From contig NC_014833.1 in the NCBI RefSeq assembly GCF_000179635.2, positions 3,450,001-3,482,000 on the forward strand: a stretch of 32,000 nucleotides of DNA. The letters are read 5' to 3'. This DNA comes from Ruminococcus albus 7 = DSM 20455. Its GTDB lineage: Bacteria; Bacillota; Clostridia; Oscillospirales; Ruminococcaceae. The position numbers and the translations under genes are program-made. Of the stretch, positions 1 through 7,052 are shown one piece after another. The notes under the pieces are model-generated. The model did not search any database, was not told where the DNA came from, and saw only the letters and a program-made list of their open reading frames with translations. The stretch's first letter is position 1. Every line of letters starts with the position of its first letter.

Positions 1-550
1 GCTTGCCGTCAACATACTCAACAGTTACCTGAGTTTTTCCGTCGGGACGGAGATAAGGCAGAGCACCGTTCTTGCGTACCTCTGTAAGTCTGAGTGCCAG
101 CTTGTGAGCGAGAGATATGGGCAGAGGCATGAGCTCGGGAGTTTCATCGCAGGCATAGCCGAACATGATACCCTGGTCACCTGCACCTGTATCGAAGGCA
201 TTCTCATCTCTGCCCTCAAGAGCGTTATCAACGCCCATAGCGATATCGGGGGACTGCTTGTCGATAGTAGTCATAACAGCACAGGTATGGCCGTCAAAGC
301 CGTACTTTGCTCTGTCATAACCGATACCTACTACGGTATCTCTTACTATCTGTGGGATGTCCACCTGTGCCTTTGTGGTGATCTCACCCATGCACATGAT
401 CATACCTGTGGTGGTGACAGTTTCGCAAGCTACTCTGGAATAAGGATCCTGTTCCAGCATAGCATCGAGTATAGCGTCTGAGATCTGATCGCAGATCTTA
501 TCGGGGTGACCCTCAGTCACCGATTCGGATGTAAATAAAAATCTTGACAT
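1..550 (-). CDS. metK: S-adenosylmethionine synthetase, N-terminal ~183 codons; the 3' part runs off the left window edge
   Basis: Absent from the supplied ORF track because there is no stop codon inside the window. The reverse complement from ATG (complement 548..550) reads [66 protein letters not shown]...[41 protein letters not shown]. These are canonical MetK motifs. GGAGG RBS at complement 558..562, 7 nt from the ATG. An S-box riboswitch lies upstream. Confidence 0.95.
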   Translation of the reverse strand, partial: MSRFLFTSESVTEGHPDKICDQISDAILDAMLEQDPYSRVACETVTTTGMIMCMGEITTKAQVDIPQIVRDTVVGIGYDRAKYGFDGHTCAVMTTIDKQSPDIAMGVDNALEGRDENAFDTGAGDQGIMFGYACDETPELMPLPISLAHKLALRLTEVRKNGALPYLRPDGKTQVTVEYVDGK

Positions 551-630
551 ATTCTTTCCTCCTTGTCAATAAAGAAACGCTGTCGGTACGTCCGACATAC
601 AACTGCTGCTTACCGTTAAATCAACAGCCA

Positions 631-812
631 ATAAAAAGCCTCCCATTCCGAAGAATGAGAGGTGAAATTTTACATGAAATTCCTCATCTTCCGGAAATAA
701 CCGCAGGATTTGGCACCTTGACAAGATACGAACGGTAACTACCGCACGCACTATAACAGGTTGCCGGGCTTCACAGGACCTGATTCCTCCACCACTCTTG
801 ATAAGGCTATTT
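631..812 (-). promoter_or_regulatory. SAM-I (S-box) riboswitch with intrinsic terminator expression platform, in the metK leader
   Basis: The minus-strand reading is CUUAUCAAGAGUGGUGGAGGAAUCAGGUCCUGUGAAGCCCGGCAACC...AAGGUGCCAAAUCCUGCGG...GAAGAUGAGGA. This matches the conserved S-box core and the P1 pairing CUUAUC/GAUGAG. It is followed by the terminator CCUCUCAUUCUUCGGAAUGGGAGG plus UUUUUAUU (complement 631..664). The terminator 5' arm can alternatively pair with the P1 3' strand (antiterminator logic). Confidence 0.9.
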
Positions 813-827
813 AATTTAACGTTCACT

Positions 828-856
828 ATTATACAACATTATTCTTCGCTTGTCAA
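828..856 (-). promoter_or_regulatory. sigma-A type promoter for the metK leader
   Basis: On the minus strand: TTGACA (complement 851..856), 17 nt spacer, TATAAT (complement 828..833). It sits about 15 nt upstream of the riboswitch P1. Confidence 0.7.
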
Positions 857-989
857 CAGATTTAACATTTTTTTTACAAGGTGAAGCTCACTAACTTTAT
901 CAGAAGTAATCCTATTTGGTGTGAAAGACGATTATAGACGCTTATTTTTAATTATTTTTAAGCAAATGATAGAATGTTTGAAAAACCGC

Positions 990-1018
990 TTGACAAATCA
1001 TCTGCAAAGTGATATAAT
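990..1018 (+). promoter_or_regulatory. sigma-A type promoter for the tRNA operon
   Basis: TTGACA 990..995, 17 nt spacer, TGaTATAAT with hexamer 1013..1018 (extended -10). An AT-rich UP-like tract lies upstream. It is divergent from the metK promoter. Confidence 0.7.
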
Positions 1019-1054
1019 AATTTTCGTTGACTAAGCAAGGTCAATGACCCAGAT

Positions 1055-1125
1055 GCGGGTGTAGTTCAATGGTAGAACTCCAGCCTTCCAAGCTGGCCAC
1101 GTGGGTTCGATTCCCATCACCCGCT
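1055..1125 (+). tRNA. tRNA-Gly, anticodon UCC
   Basis: Acceptor GCGGGTG/CACCCGC. Anticodon arm CCAGC-CTTCCAA-GCTGG gives anticodon TCC. T-loop GGTTCGATTCC. No encoded 3' CCA. Confidence 0.93.
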
Positions 1126-1147
1126 TTTACTGTTGAATACAGTATAT

Positions 1148-1221
<74 letters not shown>

Positions 1222-1225
1222 TTAC

Positions 1226-1300
1226 GGTGGGTATAGCGTAGTTGGTTAACGCGTCAGATTGTGGTCCTGAAGATCGAGAGTTCGAATCTCTCTACCCACC
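1226..1300 (+). tRNA. tRNA-His, anticodon GUG, with the extra 5' G(-1)
   Basis: G(-1) plus GTGGGTA/TACCCAC acceptor, with discriminator C pairing to G-1 (a His hallmark). Anticodon loop TTGTGGT gives anticodon GTG. T-loop AGTTCGAATCT. No encoded CCA. Confidence 0.92.
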
Positions 1301-1303
1301 CTT

Positions 1304-1340
1304 ACAGCTTCTCGGAAATATTCGGGGAGCTGTATTTTTT
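1304..1340 (+). terminator. intrinsic terminator of the tRNA operon
   Basis: 11-bp stem ACAGCTTCTCG/CGGGGAGCTGT (with G-U pairs), loop GAAATATT, then ATTTTTT. Confidence 0.8.
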
Positions 1341-1432
1341 ATGTGTATGATTTTTTGGTATATATGACGATACGAAAATTAATTATTGTCATCATGTATA
1401 TGAGACGGATCATATTATATTATAGTATATGA

Positions 1433-1464
1433 CTGCGGCAGCCTATGAGGGGTGCCGCAGTTTT
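1433..1464 (+). terminator. second terminator-like hairpin with no annotated gene upstream
   Basis: CTGCGGCA(gcc)tatgag(ggg)TGCCGCAG followed by TTTT. The T-run exists only on the + strand. Confidence 0.5.
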
Positions 1465-1694
1465 CAATTTAGCATACAGGGTCATAGCGCCGGAAGAAAC
1501 GATATCCCTCAGAGCAAACCAAAGATATGTACATACCGGATACCTGCGATGTATGCACGTGGTACGTACATCAAGTACAAGTTTATCAGGGTTGTATGTA
1601 ACTTGTGACCCCGACTTATAAATTTCGTAACATTATCCATACGAAAAATGTATAAACTGCGCAATAAATGGTGAGGTAATGCCAAATTATAGAA

Positions 1695-1723
1695 TTGACA
1701 CAAAGTTGTATATGTGATATAAT
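1695..1723 (+). promoter_or_regulatory. sigma-A type promoter for the isomerase gene
   Basis: TTGACA 1695..1700, 17 nt spacer, TGaTATAAT with hexamer 1718..1723. This leaves a ~100-nt leader before the ATG at 1823. Confidence 0.65.
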
Positions 1724-1822
1724 GTGTGCAACGATGAAGATCGCAGTTTATATGCGCCCGGCTGTCGGCGGAAACGTCGGGGCACACACAGCAGCGGCGC
1801 ACCAAAACGGAGGTAATTATCA

Positions 1823-3325
1823 ATGAGCAACAAGCTTGCAAACACACCTGAAGTAAAGATAGGTCTGGTAGCAGTATCAAGAGACTGCTTCCCCATGAGC
1901 CTGTCCGAAAACAGAAGAAACGCCGTTGCTAAGGCTTATACCGACAAGTACGGCGCAGAGGGACTTTTTGTATGTCCTACCGTTATCGAGAATGAAGTAC
2001 ACATGAGAAAAGCACTGAGCGAAGTTAACGCTGCAGGCTGCAACGCTATCGTTGTATATCTCGGAAACTTCGGCCCCGAGACCCCTGAGACACTGCTTGC
2101 TAAGTACTTTGACGGCCCTGCAATGTTCGTTGCAGCTGCCGAGGACGATTGCGGCGATGCTCTTATTGACAACAGAGGCGACGCTTACTGCGGTATGCTC
2201 AACGCCAGCTACAACCTGAAGCTCAGAGGTGTAACTGCTTACATCCCCGAGTATCCTGTTGGCACAGCTCCCGAAGTAGCAGACATGATCAACGAGTTCG
2301 TACCGATAGCTAAGACTATCGTTGGTCTGAAGAACCTGAAGATCATATCCTTCGGTCCCCGTCCTCAGGACTTCCTTGCCTGCAACGCACCTATCGCAAG
2401 ACTTTACGATCTGGGCGTTGAGATCGAGGAGAACTCCGAGCTGGATCTGTTCGCAGCTTACAACGAGCACAAGGACGATCCCCGTATCCCCGGCGTTATC
2501 GCTGACATGGAGAAGGAGCTCGGCGACGGCAACAAGATGGCAGGCATCCTGCCCAGACTTGCTCAGTATGAGCTGACTCTGCTGGATTGGGCTGAAGAGC
2601 ACAAGGGCGAAAGACAGTTCGTGGCATTTGCCAACAAGTGCTGGCCTTCATTCCAGACCCAGTTCGGTTTCGTTCCCTGCTATGTAAACGGCAGACTGGG
2701 CGCACGCGGCATACCTGTATCCTGCGAAGTTGACATCTACGGCGTTCTTTCCGAATACATCGGTCAGTGCGTATCCGACGATGTTGTTACTCTGCTGGAT
2801 ATCAACAATACCGTTCCCGGCAACATTTACAGAGAGGACATCGAAGGCAAGTTCGATTACACTCAGAGAGATACATTCATGGGCTTCCACTGCGGCAACG
2901 GCAGCTGCTGCATACTGAACAACCCTGTTATGAAGTATCAGCTCATCATGCACAGAGGTCTTGAGCCTGATGTTGAGCCTGATATCACAAGAGGTACTCT
3001 TGAAGGCGACATCAAGCCCGGCGAGATCACATTCTTCAGACTCCAGTCTACTGCTGACGCTACTCTGCGTTCTTATGCAGCTGAGGGTGAGATCCTGCCT
3101 GTAGCTACTCGTTCCTTCGGTACTATCGGTATCTTCGGCATCAAGGAGATGGCTAGATTCTACAGATACGTACTGATAGAGAAGGGCTATCCTCACCACG
3201 GTGCAGTTGTATTCGGCCACCACGGCAAGACACTGTTCAACGTTCTGAAGTTCCTGGGCGTTGAGGACAGAGAGTACAACAGACCTGCGTGCACAAGATA
3301 CTTCGGCGAGAACCCTTATAAATAA
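1823..3325 (+). CDS. sugar isomerase of the L-fucose/L-arabinose isomerase family (COG2407-like)
   Basis: 500-aa ORF with RBS GGAGG 8 nt upstream. The N-terminal KIGLVAVSRDCFP...NAIVVYLGNFGPE module and the C-terminal FMGFHCGN...GYPHHGAVVFGHH resemble FucI-like isomerases as I remember them. Substrate specificity cannot be called from sequence alone. Confidence 0.6.
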   Translation: MSNKLANTPEVKIGLVAVSRDCFPMSLSENRRNAVAKAYTDKYGAEGLFVCPTVIENEVHMRKALSEVNAAGCNAIVVYLGNFGPETPETLLAKYFDGPAMFVAAAEDDCGDALIDNRGDAYCGMLNASYNLKLRGVTAYIPEYPVGTAPEVADMINEFVPIAKTIVGLKNLKIISFGPRPQDFLACNAPIARLYDLGVEIEENSELDLFAAYNEHKDDPRIPGVIADMEKELGDGNKMAGILPRLAQYELTLLDWAEEHKGERQFVAFANKCWPSFQTQFGFVPCYVNGRLGARGIPVSCEVDIYGVLSEYIGQCVSDDVVTLLDINNTVPGNIYREDIEGKFDYTQRDTFMGFHCGNGSCCILNNPVMKYQLIMHRGLEPDVEPDITRGTLEGDIKPGEITFFRLQSTADATLRSYAAEGEILPVATRSFGTIGIFGIKEMARFYRYVLIEKGYPHHGAVVFGHHGKTLFNVLKFLGVEDREYNRPACTRYFGENPYK

Positions 3326-3344
3326 ATTACAGTATATTTTATAA

Positions 3345-3377
3345 CCAAAAGGCTGCGCACTGCTGCAGCCTTTTTGG
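3345..3377 (+). terminator. intrinsic terminator after the isomerase gene
   Basis: CCAAAAGGCTGC-gcactgct-GCAGCCTTTTTGG: a GC-rich stem followed by a T-run. Confidence 0.8.
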
Positions 3378-3475
3378 CGTGGTATATATTATAAAAGGTA
3401 CAGGCATTGTATATTCACGTACGCCATGAAACAGCTCCGCACGCGGTGCGTCCATAAAAAATTTACAAACGCCCC

Positions 3476-3504
3476 TTGACAAGCAGAGCGGAGAGTGGTA
3501 TAAT
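3476..3504 (+). promoter_or_regulatory. sigma-A type promoter of the infC-rpmI-rplT operon
   Basis: TTGACA 3476..3481, 17 nt spacer, TGgTATAAT with hexamer 3499..3504. Confidence 0.7.
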
Positions 3505-3655
3505 AGAACGGTAAACAAAGCAGAACATTCCGTTCTCACCTTTAACGCCATGAGCAGTGAAGAGGTCGCAGTGAATAAATATACGGTGTTGAACCTTTAT
3601 ATTGATGTCATTACGGGTACGGAACAGTTCTGTGCCCGTTTAATTTTTATTTTGG
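3505..3655 (+). promoter_or_regulatory. L20-type ribosomal-protein leader (transcription attenuator) of the infC operon
   Basis: A ~155-nt untranslated leader lies between the promoter and infC. It ends in the hairpin ACGGGTAC...GTGCCCGT (3612..3639) followed by TTAATTTTTATTTT, directly before the infC RBS. Position and architecture match the Firmicute L20 leader. I did not verify the L20-binding mimic by alignment. Confidence 0.6.
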
Positions 3656-3661
3656 AGGTGC

Positions 3662-4186
3662 TTGACTATTAGCAGCAAAGAACATCAGCTCAACGAAGAG
3701 ATCAGAGACAAGGAGCTCAGAGTCATCGACGTTGACGGAGCACAGCTCGGTATACTCAGTGCAGAGGAAGCATTGAAGATCGCATTTGAAAAAGACCTGG
3801 ATCTGGTTAAGATCGCGCCGCAGGCTACACCGCCTGTCTGCAAGATAATGGATTACGGCAAGTTCCTGTTTGAGCAGCAGAAGCGTGAGAAGGAGCAGAG
3901 AAAGAATCAGAAGGTCATCGAGATAAAGGAAATAAGAATGTCCTCGACTATCGACACCCACGATTTTGATACCAAGGTAAATCAGGCGATAAAGTTCCTC
4001 AAGGGCGGAGATAAGCTGAAGGTATCCGTAAGATTCCGTAAGCGTACCGTTGCACACCCTCAGTTCGGTGAAGAACTGCTGGTGAAGTTCAAGGAAGCTG
4101 TATCCGAGGTGGGAGTTGTTGATAAGCCTTCCAAGATGGAGGGGCGCAGCCTGGTAATGTTCGTTGCGCCTAAAGCAGGCAAGTAA
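3662..4186 (+). CDS. infC: translation initiation factor IF-3
   Basis: EEIRDKELRVIDVDGAQLGILS...PPVCKIMDYGKFLFEQQKREKEQRKNQK...HDFDTKV...RFRKR is typical IF-3. There is no ATG start. TTG at 3662 is only 3 nt from GGAGG (3654..3658). ATT at 3668 (9 nt spacing) is an equally plausible atypical infC start. Confidence 0.93.
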   Translation: MTISSKEHQLNEEIRDKELRVIDVDGAQLGILSAEEALKIAFEKDLDLVKIAPQATPPVCKIMDYGKFLFEQQKREKEQRKNQKVIEIKEIRMSSTIDTHDFDTKVNQAIKFLKGGDKLKVSVRFRKRTVAHPQFGEELLVKFKEAVSEVGVVDKPSKMEGRSLVMFVAPKAGK

Positions 4187-4210
4187 TAAGTTTTAAGGAG
4201 GATAAATCAA

Positions 4211-4411
4211 ATGCCTAAGATCAAGACACATTCGGGCGCTAAGAAGCGTTTCAGAGTAACAGGTACCGGCAAGGTAAAGTTCCAGCACGTTAATAAGAGA
4301 CACAGACTCAATCAGAAGGATCACAAGAGAAAGAGAATTCTGAGAAACGCAGCATACGCTGATGATACCAACATAGCAAACGTAAAGGCTCTTATCCCTT
4401 ACAAGAAGTAA
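4211..4411 (+). CDS. rpmI: 50S ribosomal protein L35
   Basis: [23 protein letters not shown]...; 66 aa and basic; RBS AAGGAGG upstream. Confidence 0.95.
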   Translation: MPKIKTHSGAKKRFRVTGTGKVKFQHVNKRHRLNQKDHKRKRILRNAAYADDTNIANVKALIPYKK

Positions 4412-4461
4412 GACGAGTTGTAGGGAAGTAAAATTTGTAATAATTCTAGGAGGTAATAACT

Positions 4462-4815
4462 ATGGCTCGTGTTAAGGGAGCAATGATGACTCGTAAGAGA
4501 AGAAATAAGACACTGAAGCTTGCAAAGGGCTATTTCGGCGCTAAGAGCAAGCATTTCAAGATGGCTAAGCAGGCTGTGATGAAGAGCGGTCAGTATGCTT
4601 ACATCGGCAGAAAGCAGAAGAAGAGAGATTTCAGAAGACTCTGGATCACAAGAATCTCTGCTGCTTGCAAGATGAACGGCATCAACTACTCCACATTCAT
4701 GAACGGCGTGAACAAGGCAGGCATCAACCTGAACAGAAAGATGCTTTCCGAGATCGCTATCAGCGACCCCGCAGGTTTCACAGCAATCGTAGAGCAGGCT
4801 AAGGCAGCTCTTTAA
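4462..4815 (+). CDS. rplT: 50S ribosomal protein L20
   Basis: [30 protein letters not shown]...[11 protein letters not shown]...; RBS AGGAGG upstream. Confidence 0.96.
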   Translation: MARVKGAMMTRKRRNKTLKLAKGYFGAKSKHFKMAKQAVMKSGQYAYIGRKQKKRDFRRLWITRISAACKMNGINYSTFMNGVNKAGINLNRKMLSEIAISDPAGFTAIVEQAKAAL

Positions 4816-4822
4816 TAACGGT

Positions 4823-4865
4823 AAAACACGCAGGTCGGTAAATCGGCTATGCGTGTTTTGTTCTA
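4823..4865 (+). terminator. intrinsic terminator after rplT
   Basis: AAAACACGCA...TGCGTGTTTT stem followed by GTTC/T-rich sequence. Confidence 0.8.
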
Positions 4866-4969
4866 TAATGAGGACAGACAAGCGCTGTAACTGATTTGTA
4901 ATATTTGTATAATTTATTACATCTATGTTTATTTTGTTTGTTTATTATCACCAAGGAGGGCATATCGGC

Positions 4970-5785
4970 ATGGTCATCACATCGAAGGACAACCCGAAGA
5001 TAAAGCAGCTGTCGAAGCTGTATTCAAACCGCAGATACCGCCGTGAAACAGGGCTTTTCGTAATTGAGGGCATAAGGGGCTGTGTAGATGCGCTGGTCGA
5101 TGATACTCTTAACGGCGGAATGATGGAGATAGAGGGCATATACTATCTCGAGGAGATATTTGAGGATATCTGTGATGAGTACAAGCCCATGCTCATGTCA
5201 CTGGATGAGCGCAAAAGGTTCATCATCACGAAGGACATAGCAGACAAGATAAGCGATACGGACAGCTGTCAGGGTATATTCGTGGTAGCGAAGATGCTCG
5301 ATAAGCCTTTTACGGAGGATAAACTCAAAAAGGGCGGCAAATACCTGGTACTGGACGAGCTTCAGGACCCCGGCAATCTGGGTACGATGATACGTACCTC
5401 GGATGCGGTGGGACTTGACGGCATAGTGCTGACGGGCAACTGCGTTGACCTCTACAACCCGAAAACGGTACGCTCTGCGGTGGGAAGTATGCCGAGGGTC
5501 GATATCTTCGTTGAAAAGGACTTTGAGAGGGTCATAGAGGCTTTCAGACTGAAAGACATACCCACAGCGGCGGCTGTCATAAACGGCGGCACTGAGATAA
5601 GGCAGTATGACTTCTCAAAGGGCTGCGCTGTTGTCATAGGCAACGAAGGCAGAGGACTGATGCATGACCATGCAGAGATGTGCAGCCATAAGGTAACTAT
5701 AGCTATGCACGGACATATCGACTCGCTGAATGCGGCTACGGCAGCTACTATCTTCCTGTGGGAGATGACTAGACAGGAGGGCTGA
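4970..5785 (+). CDS. TrmH/SpoU-family RNA 2'-O-methyltransferase (YsgA/RlmB-like)
   Basis: I chose the ATG at 4970 (AGGAGG at 4954..4959) rather than the track start at 4925. SpoU motifs are present: LDELQDPGNLGTMIRTSDA, VIGNEGRGL, SLNAATAATIFLWE. The position after rplT matches B. subtilis ysgA. Confidence 0.85.
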   Translation: MVITSKDNPKIKQLSKLYSNRRYRRETGLFVIEGIRGCVDALVDDTLNGGMMEIEGIYYLEEIFEDICDEYKPMLMSLDERKRFIITKDIADKISDTDSCQGIFVVAKMLDKPFTEDKLKKGGKYLVLDELQDPGNLGTMIRTSDAVGLDGIVLTGNCVDLYNPKTVRSAVGSMPRVDIFVEKDFERVIEAFRLKDIPTAAAVINGGTEIRQYDFSKGCAVVIGNEGRGLMHDHAEMCSHKVTIAMHGHIDSLNAATAATIFLWEMTRQEG

Positions 5786-5786
5786 T

Positions 5787-6929
5787 ATGGACAGATACAT
5801 CAGCCTGATGTGGCTGGAAATGGTCTTGGGCACAGGCGGCAGACGTCTTTGGCAGATAATGGAAAAGACCGATGATCCTGCTAAGCTGTGCGAACGGATA
5901 CTTTCTGGGGACACAGAACTGCTGACCGCGGGCGAAAAGGAAAAGGCGGAGCGGATAAGCACTGATGAAGCCGAAAGGATCATATCCCTTGCAAGAGAAC
6001 AGGGACAGAGGGTGGCAGCCATAGGTGACGAGGACTATCCGAAAAGGTGGTACGGACTTGATGATGCGCCTGCGCTGGTATTCTGCCGCGGTGATATAAA
6101 AGCGCTGAACGAGAGTACGGTGATACATACTGCAGGTACGAGAGAGCCTTCAAAATACACCCTGTCGCTGATAGATGTGCTTTGTGCCGATCTTGCACTG
6201 AGGGGATTCGCGATATCCTGCGGACTGGCTGAGGGTTCGGACACACGGACGGCTGAGGCTGTACTCGGCAGAGGCGGCAAAGTAATAGCGGTATACCCCA
6301 CATCACTTGAAAACGAGTACCCGAAGAATGCAGGTGACATCAAGGAAAGAGTGGCACAGAGCGGTCTGCTGATAAGCGAATATCCTCCCGGATACAAGGG
6401 GCGCATGAACTTTCAGCGGCGCAACAGGCTGGCTGTGGCACTGGCTTCTGCTGTAGTGATAACGGAAGCCGCCGAGGACAGCAAAGGGCTTGATAATGCT
6501 GAACGCGCCTTGGATACAGGTCTGCCTGTGCTTGTAGTACCTCCCCATCTGCTGTACAGCGGCAGATACTCGGGTCAAAGGGATCTGCTGAGAAAAGGCT
6601 GCATACCAATATTCGACGGCAGTGATGCTGTAAGGGTGCTGGCGGAAAGACATGAGATATCCCCTGAGGGGTATGGGCTGAAAGTTGGTACGGAGAATGC
6701 ACAGGCTGTCAGTAAGCAGGAGAAAGCTCCCAAAAAGCCCGCACGCGAGCTTAACAGCACTGAAAGTACCATATACGATCTTCTCAAAGAAAACGGGGCT
6801 ATGTCCCTTGATGAGATAACAGCAAGGAGCGGACTGTCCGTGATGGAGGTGCTGACCTGTATGACAGGTCTTGAACTGGCGGGGATAGCGGTATCGCTCC
6901 CCGGAAAAAGATACGAACTGGATTCATGA
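5787..6929 (+). CDS. dprA: DNA-processing protein DprA (Smf)
   Basis: Rossmann-like DprA core GLAEGSDTRTAEAVL...AVYPTSLENEYPKNAGDIKERV...LLISEYPPG...NFQRRNRLAVALASAVVITEA. C-terminal winged-helix-like tail. AGGAGGG RBS. Lies upstream of topA as in other Firmicutes. Confidence 0.9.
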   Translation: MDRYISLMWLEMVLGTGGRRLWQIMEKTDDPAKLCERILSGDTELLTAGEKEKAERISTDEAERIISLAREQGQRVAAIGDEDYPKRWYGLDDAPALVFCRGDIKALNESTVIHTAGTREPSKYTLSLIDVLCADLALRGFAISCGLAEGSDTRTAEAVLGRGGKVIAVYPTSLENEYPKNAGDIKERVAQSGLLISEYPPGYKGRMNFQRRNRLAVALASAVVITEAAEDSKGLDNAERALDTGLPVLVVPPHLLYSGRYSGQRDLLRKGCIPIFDGSDAVRVLAERHEISPEGYGLKVGTENAQAVSKQEKAPKKPARELNSTESTIYDLLKENGAMSLDEITARSGLSVMEVLTCMTGLELAGIAVSLPGKRYELDS

Positions 6930-7052
6930 TTCACAGCGCATGACAGGAACTATGAACGTCTGTGTGACGTTCCTCAAAAACTACTATTCGGTCGCGTACT
7001 GTGAAGCATAAATTATTCCCGATGTGTACGGGAAAGAAACGGAGTAGGAAAA

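Noticed and set aside
104-481. 125-aa + strand ORF at the left edge
   Set aside because: It is antisense to the clearly recognisable metK coding sequence, so it is a shadow ORF.
1877-3223. 241-aa and 191-aa minus-strand ORFs inside the isomerase gene
   Set aside because: Antisense shadow ORFs. The + strand frame has the RBS, promoter, terminator and family-like sequence.
4866-4969. Possible promoter around TATAAT (4908..4913) upstream of the TrmH-family gene
   Set aside because: No acceptable -35 at 16-18 nt spacing (CTGTAA at best) and no proper TGn extended -10. Too weak to report as a feature.
6930-7052. Hairpins in the dprA-topA spacer (GAACGTC-tgtgt-GACGTTC; TTCCCG-atgtgta-CGGGAA)
   Set aside because: No T-run follows on either strand, so they are not terminators. 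They are short and unremarkable, most likely just topA 5' UTR structure.
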